From IMG/VR virus record IMGVR_UViG_3300022074_000002: DNA of 64,000 nt. One strand, written 5' to 3'. Numbering within the stretch: the first letter of the stretch is position 1; the number at the start of each line of letters is the position of its first letter. The DNA comes from a virus. Made by a program: the position numbers and the translations under genes. Below the pieces are notes generated by a model that was not told where the DNA came from, made no database searches, and saw nothing but the letters and a program-made list of their open reading frames with translations. Below, piece by piece: positions 55,411 to 64,000 of this stretch.

Positions 55411-55530
55411 ATGCATCATCATAAATATAGTTTGAGTGAAATTGAAAATATGATGCCATTTGAGAGACAAGTTTATATTGCTCTCTTAATGCAATACCTA
55501 GAACAACTTAAACAGGAACAAAAACAATAA
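55411..55530 (+). CDS. gp51: gp51-like baseplate hub chaperone; frame open upstream into the gp26 end
   Basis: YYKTNFALMHHHKYSLSEIENMMPFERQVY; first ATG at 55411. Confidence 0.8.
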   Translation: MHHHKYSLSEIENMMPFERQVYIALLMQYLEQLKQEQKQ

Positions 55531-58091
55531 TGGCAAGTGGAACTGTCGGTTACACAGACACTAGAGGTAATAAAGATTTCTCAAGTGTAATAGCATCCCA
55601 AATTGGAAAACGTTTAAAAGAAGCTTCCAATATGGCATCGGACGAACGTGCCTTTGCATCAAAACAAGCAGAAGCGGGTGGAACGTCTCTAGAAGAGGCA
55701 GGAATAGGTAAAGGATATTTTTTCAAAAGAGCATTAGGTAATAGATTTGGTGGAGATAGAATTGCCAGAACTAAAGGCAGAATGGGTATGGGTGGTGCTG
55801 CCAATAATCCTGCTGCTAATTATAAACAAAGATTTCGTGGTGGATTTGATTATAAGGTAACTAATGAACTCACTAATTTAACAGATACTGCACCACTATC
55901 TGGTGCACTTGCTACTGGACTTCGTGGTGTACAATTAGGATTATCTGATATATCACAAGTATTAGCAAAACAAGATTCTACTTTAGGTAAACTTGCGAAT
56001 ACGCAAGCTGATATGGCAAAGGCAATCATGTTTAATGGTTACCTTTTCCAAATGTTCATGAGTAAGTCAAGACAAGAGGAAGGAAGAAGGTCTGCTAGAC
56101 GTGAAGAGAGAAATATGGAACGTGGTTTCCGTAGAAACCAATCTTCCGTGGGTGGACAAAGTTTTGGTGGTGCTGGTGGTAATCGTGGAATGCAAAATGT
56201 CACACCAAAAGGTGGTGGTTTAGGAGGAGGTTTTGATATATTAGACACTGCTGCAGATGCTACAAGATTAGGTAGAAGTGGTGCTTTAACTGCTGCAGAG
56301 TATGCACCTAAAGCAGCAAAACTTGCACCTAAAGCAGCAAAAGCGATTACTACTGGAGTCACTGCTATTGCAACATCAGGTGCTGGAAGAAAAATAACAA
56401 AGTTATTTGCTAATCAAGCTATTGCAAAAGGTATTAAGGAAGTAGGAGAGAAAGCAACTCCAAAACTTATTTCTCAGAGTAAAAAACTTGCTGCAGGAGC
56501 AAGAAATCTTAAAGGAATGAAAGATCTGACAGGTTCCATGCAAGGTGCAAAGAGAATGCTAGGCACTATGGGCACACCTGGCGTGGGTCTTTTAAGTCCA
56601 GAGGATTTGAAATATGCCAACATGTCATTGGAACAATTGGAAGGAACTGCAGATATGGCTTCATATAGGGCATTTACATCTGGACAGGGAGTAGAAAGTG
56701 CGATTAATATTAGAGCATATGGATATGATCCAAATGATGCTAGTTCCATGGCAAAATTTTATGGTGATGTCACAGAAGGTAAAGTTAAAGGACTTGGAAA
56801 ATTAACTAAAAAACAAACAGATGATCTTGTTAAAAAATCTATAGGTCCTGATAATTTTAGAATGATCAAAAAGAAATGGCATGCACCATATAAGAAAGGA
56901 TTAAAGAAAACTTTTACTCATAAGATGCTAAGAGCACCTGGTATTCCAAAATCTCTTGCTACTACTGGTACAAAAACAGCAGGAAAAACAGCAGCAAAAG
57001 CTGGTGCAAAATCAATTTGGAAAAAAATTCCCGTTATTGCTGGTATTGCTGGTATTGTTTTTGGTATTCAACGTGCATTGGAAGGAGATCTTCTTGGTGC
57101 TGGTATGGAGATTACTTCTGGTCTTTTAGGTGCTACTGGTAAAGGTGCTCCATTAAGTTTTGCTCTTGACTCATATCTACTAGCAAGAGATTTGGGAATG
57201 ACCCCCATGAGAACTGGTGGTACAATATTTCCTGGTAAATCTAATTCTCCACTTATGGTTGGCGGAAGAATGTTTAACTTCAATGAACCAGGTAATAAAG
57301 AAGTAGTAAGAGTTGAGAAAGATAAGGATAGTAGACACATTGATATGGGTATTGGATTTGTTGAAGGTATGAAGAAGAAAAAGAGTGAATACATATCTCT
57401 CCAAGCATCTGGTGTTGAAAGTGCTCTTAGTGGTTTAAAAGGTAGTGGATTTTTTGGTAGTATGTTTGATGGTGTAAAAGACACAGTAAACAATGCTGGA
57501 AATCTTCTTAATAATCTAAACCCTTTAAAACTATTACCAAAAAGTAATCCACTTAGTGGAATAACTAATTGGTTTAACAAGGGTTATACTCCAAAAGAAG
57601 ATACGATGAAGTGGAAAGATCTAATGGCAGATGATTGGAAACAACGTGGAAAATTTGGCAAAGGTGGAAAAATGGGAGGATGGGATTTGACTCGTGGATT
57701 TAGACCAGGTGTTGCTGCTAATGAAGGTGGTTTTGGATCAGGTCCTACACCAGCAGGAAGACAAGCAGTGAAGAGAGGATTTGGATTTTTATCATCCTTT
57801 AGAGGTGGAGGATTAGCAACATTAGCAAGTTTAGTTGCAAATGAGTTTTTAAATCCACAACCACTTGCTGACGGAACAATGGACGGATATATGAAGAGTG
57901 TTGGACAAAATAACTCAATGAAATTACAGAATGAAAATGTAAATCCAATAGCAACTACTGTAATTAATAACAATTACTACAATGGTGGTGGACAAGGTGG
58001 AGGACAGGAAAGTGGTAATGAAAATTTAGGACAAGGTTTCAACGATGACCTAACTAAGTTTATAACAGGTTTTTCTATCATGAGTAAGTAA
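55530..58091 (+). CDS. Tape-measure-like / gp29-like hub protein
   Basis: 853 aa, Ala/Gly/Lys-rich, helical; follows gp26-gp51 with TAATG overlap; hydrophobic IPVIAGIAGIVFG segment. Confidence 0.55.
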   Translation: MASGTVGYTDTRGNKDFSSVIASQIGKRLKEASNMASDERAFASKQAEAGGTSLEEAGIGKGYFFKRALGNRFGGDRIARTKGRMGMGGAANNPAANYKQRFRGGFDYKVTNELTNLTDTAPLSGALATGLRGVQLGLSDISQVLAKQDSTLGKLANTQADMAKAIMFNGYLFQMFMSKSRQEEGRRSARREERNMERGFRRNQSSVGGQSFGGAGGNRGMQNVTPKGGGLGGGFDILDTAADATRLGRSGALTAAEYAPKAAKLAPKAAKAITTGVTAIATSGAGRKITKLFANQAIAKGIKEVGEKATPKLISQSKKLAAGARNLKGMKDLTGSMQGAKRMLGTMGTPGVGLLSPEDLKYANMSLEQLEGTADMASYRAFTSGQGVESAINIRAYGYDPNDASSMAKFYGDVTEGKVKGLGKLTKKQTDDLVKKSIGPDNFRMIKKKWHAPYKKGLKKTFTHKMLRAPGIPKSLATTGTKTAGKTAAKAGAKSIWKKIPVIAGIAGIVFGIQRALEGDLLGAGMEITSGLLGATGKGAPLSFALDSYLLARDLGMTPMRTGGTIFPGKSNSPLMVGGRMFNFNEPGNKEVVRVEKDKDSRHIDMGIGFVEGMKKKKSEYISLQASGVESALSGLKGSGFFGSMFDGVKDTVNNAGNLLNNLNPLKLLPKSNPLSGITNWFNKGYTPKEDTMKWKDLMADDWKQRGKFGKGGKMGGWDLTRGFRPGVAANEGGFGSGPTPAGRQAVKRGFGFLSSFRGGGLATLASLVANEFLNPQPLADGTMDGYMKSVGQNNSMKLQNENVNPIATTVINNNYYNGGGQGGGQESGNENLGQGFNDDLTKFITGFSIMSK

Positions 58092-59545
58092 TGGCAGAAG
58101 ATAAGAAAGAACAACACCCAACTCAAATATCACTTGAGGGTTGTGTTTTCAGAAAAATTGATAATAAAGCAAAAGTTTGCAAAGAAAGAACTATTGGAAC
58201 TGATATGATAATTAGTTTTGATTACATGGAGAGTATATTGTCTCCATTTGTATCAGGAGCTTTAGTTCTTAGTGACTCAAAAGATTTTATTAACACTTTT
58301 CCAATAGAAGGTGGTGAAGAAGTTGAATTGGCAATAAAACACTCATTTAATAAAGATGCACAAAAATATAGTTTTAGAATTTATAAAATTGCTAGTAGAA
58401 TTATAGATGGTAAGAAACAAGTTTATAATTTACTGTTAGTTTCTGAAGAAGCTTTAGTAAATGAAAGCGTTAGAATTCAGACACAGCAAGATGGAGAACC
58501 ATCATCAATAATTATTAAAATGATTAGAGAGGAATTAAAATCAAGTAAAGAAGTATTTTCTGAACCATCAAGATTTAAAGTAAGAATGATTCCTAATAAT
58601 AAAAGACCATTTGATATAGTTGCACAACTTATAAAAAGATCAGTATCTAGTAAAACAACATATGGACAAGATCAAACAGAAAATACAACGGGATCGGAAC
58701 AACAGATAAGAGGAAGTGCTGGTTTTTTCTTTTGGGAAAATAATAGAGGATATAATCTTTTTTCAATAGATGCTTTATGTGATACATCTGAAGAAGAACT
58801 CTTTATAGTTAAAAAAGATAACGTACCAAGTTTAAAATCACAATCGTGGGGTCCTTATGTTGAGGTTATAGCAAATACAGATGCATCAGGAGATGCTAGG
58901 TTTAATATAACAGCATTTACTCTTAATGCTGAAGTTGATCTTATGTCATCATTAAGACTCGGTAAATATTCTACAAAAATGGTATTTTTTAATCACAGTA
59001 CTGGTCAATATGATGAGTATGTTTATAAAATTAAAGATAGTTATAGTAACATGGCACATCTAGGAGGACAATCTACAGTATCTCTAGTGCCAGGAAATAC
59101 TGATGAATTATCTGGAAAACCAACTAGAGTTATGTCTGCTGTATTGGATAGTGAGACATGGTATGATGATCCAGAGGTAAAAGATCCAGAAGATCCAAAG
59201 GTAGAAAATCCCACAGAATATGCTGATTGGGTAAAATATTATGCTGCACAGTCAGTTGCTAGATATGATTTACTTAAGAATCAAGAGGGAACATTAAAAA
59301 TTCCTCCTAATCCTCTTATTTGCTCAGGAGATAAAATTACATTACGTTTAAACAGTAAGTTACCAGATGCACTGAAGGAGGAGACACCATACGATAAAGA
59401 GTCTAGTGGAGTTTATCTTGTTAAGGAAGTCACACATACATTTAACTTTGTTAACGGAGGTACTAGCGGAAATGGATATTCTACGCTAAGATTATTCAGA
59501 GATTCTTATGGAACTGATGTAGATCCATCAGCACATGGCGAATAA
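58091..59545 (+). CDS. Baseplate hub protein (gp27-like)
   Basis: YMESILSPFVSG, PI.GGEEV, FFFWE, SGVYLV..VTH...L.RDS pattern. Confidence 0.6.
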   Translation: MAEDKKEQHPTQISLEGCVFRKIDNKAKVCKERTIGTDMIISFDYMESILSPFVSGALVLSDSKDFINTFPIEGGEEVELAIKHSFNKDAQKYSFRIYKIASRIIDGKKQVYNLLLVSEEALVNESVRIQTQQDGEPSSIIIKMIREELKSSKEVFSEPSRFKVRMIPNNKRPFDIVAQLIKRSVSSKTTYGQDQTENTTGSEQQIRGSAGFFFWENNRGYNLFSIDALCDTSEEELFIVKKDNVPSLKSQSWGPYVEVIANTDASGDARFNITAFTLNAEVDLMSSLRLGKYSTKMVFFNHSTGQYDEYVYKIKDSYSNMAHLGGQSTVSLVPGNTDELSGKPTRVMSAVLDSETWYDDPEVKDPEDPKVENPTEYADWVKYYAAQSVARYDLLKNQEGTLKIPPNPLICSGDKITLRLNSKLPDALKEETPYDKESSGVYLVKEVTHTFNFVNGGTSGNGYSTLRLFRDSYGTDVDPSAHGE

Positions 59546-59579
59546 ATAATAATGTACATACTGTACGGAGGTAAATACA

Positions 59580-59807
59580 ATGAAATCAATTGAAGATCAT
59601 ATCAAAAAGGACAAAGAAATCCTTGAAGATCCAAAAACATCAGAACCCATGCGTCATCACATTGAAGATGAGTTGCATGACTTAGAAGAGTATGTAGAAC
59701 ATCACAAAGACGAAATAAAGGCAGGAGATCATCATGACCCTAATGTATTAGAGGTATTCTGTGATGTACACCCTGATGAACCTGAGTGTCTAATATATGA
59801 CGATTAA
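59580..59807 (+). CDS. cp12: Phage CP12 Calvin-cycle inhibitor
   Basis: C-terminal FCDVHPDEPECLIYDD. Confidence 0.88.
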   Translation: MKSIEDHIKKDKEILEDPKTSEPMRHHIEDELHDLEEYVEHHKDEIKAGDHHDPNVLEVFCDVHPDEPECLIYDD

Positions 59808-59809
59808 AC

Positions 59810-62614
59810 ATGAATGATGAAGCACTGTCACGGTTAGTTCCTAGTCACAAAATAGGTAATGATGGATTATCTTGGTGGGTAGGTCAAATAGAAGAAACTG
59901 CGTCAAACACCAAAGGAAAAGGTGGTTGGCGGTATAAGGTTGCGATTGTAGGAGAGCATCCTAGATCTAAGCAACTCTTAGAAACAAAAAAACTACCATG
60001 GGCAACTGTGATGATGCCTGTTACCACACCTTTCATGCCTGGTAATATTGGTGGAGCATCTGCTCAACTAATACCAGGTTGTTGGGTGATTGGTTTCTAC
60101 TTAGATAATGATAAACAGAAACCTATCATCATGGGTTCTATTGGACAAGTGCCTGGTGCTACTACAGTCAAGAATGAAGTATCACCAGACGATGATGATT
60201 CTAGATTTAAAACTGGAATAAGATTAGAACCAAGATTTACTGTAAACCCAGATAAAGATGGAGATCCGAGTAAATCAGAGACAAACGATCTAGTTGGTGT
60301 ACAATCTGATGGATCAACGAAAGAATATAATGGCAAAGCTCAATTTAAAGTAGATCTTGGTAATAAAATTGAAGTTATAAAACAAGAAGATTGGTGTACA
60401 GAAACTGCACAAGCTTGCAAAGAAAAGAAACTCAAAGATAAAATAAAAACTAATCTAGGTCAATTTCTTTACAATGTACAAAATAATAATGGTAATATAG
60501 GAACTTTTTACGTTGACAAGTATACTGGAGGACTTTATAGTTCTACAGGAAAGGCAAGGACATACGTAAATAAAATAGTTGCAATTATTAGAGAGTTTAT
60601 TGCAGGAGCCAAAGGATACATAACAAAACTAATTAGAGATGCAGTTGACGCTTTAGTAAAATTCCTTCTAAGACCAAACAAAAGTGGAAATGTATTGACA
60701 GGTGCAACTGAATGGATGAACAAGATGCTTAAAGATCTTGGATGTAAAATGGAAGATTTATATCTTAGAATTGCTGAGTGGTTGACAAATCTTTTAATGA
60801 GTTACATTAATCAAATCTATCGTGCTGCTATTTGTCAGGTTGATGAGTTAGTGAATGGTATTATTTCTAAAATTTATCAGTTAATGAATCAATTGCTTAA
60901 TAGTGTCTTAGGTCCTCTACAAGATATCCTAGGTGCTATTGCTGCTCCATTCAATGTAATCGGAAAAGCAATCAATTATATTTTAAATTTATTAGGAATT
61001 AGTTGTTCTGGAACTGATAGAAGTTGCGAAGAAGTTAAGCAAAAATGTACAACTGGTGAGGAAAAAACAGATGATGATGAGAATTTCTTAGATAGATTAT
61101 TAGATGGTATTGATAATTTATTTGGTGATACACCAAGAGACTATACACAGTATACTTGTGAAGAAGCGTACACTGGATCTCCATTAACAGTAACAACAAT
61201 TGGATTTATAGGTGGGGTTCCTAAACTTCCTACAGATACAACAAAACAACCTAAAATCACATACGATATTACAGATGTAGAGGTAGAAGAGGGAAGTTCT
61301 GCTCGTTTTACTGTTACTAGAAGTGGTTTTACTGGCATAGCATCATCTGTTAAAGTACAAACACTAGCAAATCAAGGGAGTGCTACTGCTGGTACAGATT
61401 ATCTTGCTGTAGATGATATATTAGGATTTGCTCCTACCGAAACTGAAAAAACTTTAGAAGTTCAAACTTTAGTAGATAACGAAAGCGATGATAATGAAGT
61501 TTTTTATGTGAAATTAACATTAAATTCTCCAGAAGGTAATGATGTAAAAACAATATTTAAGAAAAACATAGGTGTTGGAACTATAGTAGAGAGAGATTTG
61601 AAAGAACCATACGATCCATTCAATCCAAACCTTGTAGATCCATTTGCAAATATTGATGAGACACCTGATATAGACGGGTTTCCAACGGGAGATGGTGATC
61701 CAGATCCAAATCCAACATTCAGTGTTGTTGCAAATAGAAAAACAGTTTCTGAGGGAGAATTTATTATATACACAGTTACAACAACAAATATTCCAAATGG
61801 ATCTATATTATATTATTACTTGACTGGTGATAATATAACACCTTCAGATATTGTTGGTAATTCATTACGAGGACAGTTTGTAATTCAAGATAATACAGCA
61901 AAAATTACTGTTGGTATTAATGATGATAAAGAAATTGAAGATGAAGAAACATTAACTTTCACACTTAATGGTAATGGTGCATCTGTAGATGTTCTTATTC
62001 TTACTGATAGTGACCAGAGTATAGGTGATTCTGATCAAGGTGTTGGCGATGATACATCTACTGTTTACGAAACTTTTAGACCACCAACTGTAAATACTCG
62101 AAATGTTATAACTGATGATAATGGAGGAATTATAGAAGTTCCTGTAGAAGATAAAGGTGATGCATGGGCAGAACCTCCTATTGTATTCATTGCTGGTGAG
62201 GGAGTCGGTGCTACTGCAACAGGATTATTAGATGGCAATGGATTCTTAACTGAAATTAGAGTTAAATCATCAGGATTTGGTTACAAGAAAAATCTTGCAT
62301 CAGATAATGATGTTAGATGTATTATTGATGCATTTAGTATTCTCAGTCCTGGCAGAGGATATACAAGTGCTCCAACAATTCTTGTGGATGGAGAAGAAGG
62401 ACGTGCGGAAGCAATAGTAAAAAATGGTTTGTTAGTACAAGTTCGTGTTTTAGATAGAACAACAACTTACTCTGCATTTCCTCCTATTACTATTAGAGGT
62501 GGTGGTGGATCTGGTGCTAGATTAATGCCATCATTAGCATGTCTTAATACAGAAGCACTATCAGCAGTTGGATCTACTAAGATTGGAACTGGTCGCTACG
62601 TTGATTGCCCATGA
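59810..62614 (+). CDS. gp5: gp5-like baseplate spike N-terminal protein with Calx-beta-like domains
   Basis: WWVGQIE, LPWA.V..P, WVIGFYLD...P.IMGSI OB-fold; SATAGTDY Calx-beta; terminal YVDCP. Confidence 0.8.
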   Translation: MNDEALSRLVPSHKIGNDGLSWWVGQIEETASNTKGKGGWRYKVAIVGEHPRSKQLLETKKLPWATVMMPVTTPFMPGNIGGASAQLIPGCWVIGFYLDNDKQKPIIMGSIGQVPGATTVKNEVSPDDDDSRFKTGIRLEPRFTVNPDKDGDPSKSETNDLVGVQSDGSTKEYNGKAQFKVDLGNKIEVIKQEDWCTETAQACKEKKLKDKIKTNLGQFLYNVQNNNGNIGTFYVDKYTGGLYSSTGKARTYVNKIVAIIREFIAGAKGYITKLIRDAVDALVKFLLRPNKSGNVLTGATEWMNKMLKDLGCKMEDLYLRIAEWLTNLLMSYINQIYRAAICQVDELVNGIISKIYQLMNQLLNSVLGPLQDILGAIAAPFNVIGKAINYILNLLGISCSGTDRSCEEVKQKCTTGEEKTDDDENFLDRLLDGIDNLFGDTPRDYTQYTCEEAYTGSPLTVTTIGFIGGVPKLPTDTTKQPKITYDITDVEVEEGSSARFTVTRSGFTGIASSVKVQTLANQGSATAGTDYLAVDDILGFAPTETEKTLEVQTLVDNESDDNEVFYVKLTLNSPEGNDVKTIFKKNIGVGTIVERDLKEPYDPFNPNLVDPFANIDETPDIDGFPTGDGDPDPNPTFSVVANRKTVSEGEFIIYTVTTTNIPNGSILYYYLTGDNITPSDIVGNSLRGQFVIQDNTAKITVGINDDKEIEDEETLTFTLNGNGASVDVLILTDSDQSIGDSDQGVGDDTSTVYETFRPPTVNTRNVITDDNGGIIEVPVEDKGDAWAEPPIVFIAGEGVGATATGLLDGNGFLTEIRVKSSGFGYKKNLASDNDVRCIIDAFSILSPGRGYTSAPTILVDGEEGRAEAIVKNGLLVQVRVLDRTTTYSAFPPITIRGGGGSGARLMPSLACLNTEALSAVGSTKIGTGRYVDCP

Positions 62615-63654
62615 CACCTCCAAAGCAACAATCAAAAAGCGTATTTTTTCCCGCTGTTGATTATCCAGACGATATTTTTCAGCAGACGACCCCTGATGAG
62701 ACTCAGGAATTAGGTGATGGTCCTCGTTTTACCACTCTTGCTAAGGGTTGGAGAACTAGATCAGAAATTTACGAAAGAGTATTTCCAGACGAAGAAACAA
62801 TGACTTTAAGGATTGATGGTCCTAGAGGTGGTGGTTGTTTTATGTCATATCGCAATGATGGTGGCATCAGAATACGCACAGGTCCTGAAAACACAGAAAT
62901 TGCTGGAAGTGCTGTACTTGGGTTATATTCGGAAGGTGGCACAAACCAAAAACATCTTTCTACTTCATATTATGAATACAATATGGGAGGAACAAAAAGT
63001 AAGGGCAAAGCATTAAGTGTTCTTGCATATGGCGATGTTGTAGAAGAATGTATAGGTGGTCAACATAGTATAAAAGCAACAAAAATTTTAATAACAGCAA
63101 CTGATCAACTAGAAATTGACGCACAAAATATATTAATTGCAGCACAGGGTGACTTACAGTTACAGGGTGCTAGTGTTAACACTATAACTGTTAACGAGAA
63201 AGATATCGTAACAGGTCAGAAAATGTCTTTTGGTGCTGGTGAAGAAACATTCATGCAATTTGATCCTCGTGCACAGGTCAATATAATTTCACCAGGCAGC
63301 ATAAACATGAGAGCAGCACAGGATGCTGTTATAGGAACTCTTGGTTGTTTACATTTAGTTTCTCTTGGAGGTCCTGGTGCTCTAATTACGAATAGAACAG
63401 TTGGAATGAGTTTGAGTACCAGAACACAATTTGCTGCTGGAGGTACTGCAGCAACAGATATAATTTCATCAGGATTTACTACAGTAAAAGGTACAGGTGG
63501 AGTCGAGGTTAGCACAGCAGGATTATTAGACATGGCGGGTACAGGTTCTGCTATGATTACGTCTGAGGGTGTCATGGACGTTTCTGCAGCAACCCTAAAT
63601 TTGGATGGTACAGCAGCAGTCAAGATTACTGGTGCAATGATATTCTTGAATTAA
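62605..63654 (+). CDS. gp5 C-terminal-like beta-helix spike protein
   Basis: Short beta repeats ending in AVKITGAMIFLN; directly after gp5. Confidence 0.6.
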   Translation: MPMTPPKQQSKSVFFPAVDYPDDIFQQTTPDETQELGDGPRFTTLAKGWRTRSEIYERVFPDEETMTLRIDGPRGGGCFMSYRNDGGIRIRTGPENTEIAGSAVLGLYSEGGTNQKHLSTSYYEYNMGGTKSKGKALSVLAYGDVVEECIGGQHSIKATKILITATDQLEIDAQNILIAAQGDLQLQGASVNTITVNEKDIVTGQKMSFGAGEETFMQFDPRAQVNIISPGSINMRAAQDAVIGTLGCLHLVSLGGPGALITNRTVGMSLSTRTQFAAGGTAATDIISSGFTTVKGTGGVEVSTAGLLDMAGTGSAMITSEGVMDVSAATLNLDGTAAVKITGAMIFLN

Positions 63655-63711
63655 TATTAGGTTTTCTTATATTTCGTATAAGGTTTACTATGTCAGAGTT
63701 CGGTTAAAAGC

Positions 63712-63739
63712 TTGACAAATCTAAATTAAGTATTATAAT
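63712..63739 (+). promoter_or_regulatory. Sigma70-type promoter
   Basis: TTGACA-16 nt-TATAAT. Confidence 0.75.
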
Positions 63740-63846
63740 ATACAGTACAGGACTCGAAAGATCGTAACCCTGCGAAAAGACTCACATGTCGGTGTAGTCT
63801 CACATCCGCAGGAATAGTATATCTTGCGAGAAAAACAAAAACAAAA

Positions 63847-64000
63847 ATGATCAAATCAACAATCGCAGCACTTGCTGCAACTCCTCTTCTATTCTCTGGT
63901 GCTGCGTTTGCAGGTCCTTACGTTAATGTGGAAGCAAGTGGTTCATATCCAGACGGAGCATATACATCAGGAACTTGGGAATTCCAAGTTGGATACGAAG
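63847..64000 (+). CDS. Exported outer-membrane-like protein, 3'-truncated
   Basis: MIKSTIAALAATPLLFSGAAFA signal peptide then GPYVNVE...VGYE alternating beta pattern. Confidence 0.6.
   Translation, partial: MIKSTIAALAATPLLFSGAAFAGPYVNVEASGSYPDGAYTSGTWEFQVGYE

Overview
AT-rich 64-kb segment of a T4-like cyanomyovirus, most likely infecting Prochlorococcus (psbA, three hli genes, pebS, pcyA, talC, cp12, mazG, phoH, thyX). Gene order: replication core (gp43, uvsX, DNA MTase, gp41, mazG, gp61, nrdA/B), a bilin/carbon auxiliary-metabolic block, a fibre/virion-enzyme island (25-36 kb), a membrane/secreted-protein and hli microprotein island, psbA, the thyX-phoH-gp33-gp32 block and the baseplate module (gp53, 48, 2, 4, 54-like, 26, 51, tape-measure-like, hub, gp5). 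No tRNA, CRISPR array, intron or integrase was seen. The two strongest observations are (i) a tandem glutamine-type (Downstream-peptide/glnA) riboswitch whose first aptamer carries a complete 68-codon ORF inside one hairpin loop, upstream of two YRG-motif (DUF4278-like) peptides, and (ii) a T-TTT-TTC slippery site plus stem-loop that would fuse gp26 to gp51 by -1 frameshifting just upstream of the tape-measure-like gene. Also notable: a subtilisin-esterase-cupredoxin-like fusion, a ligase-motif protein coupled to an NMNAT-like enzyme, and -35 boxes placed in hairpin loops. All family assignments come from motif recognition by eye; no database searches were run.
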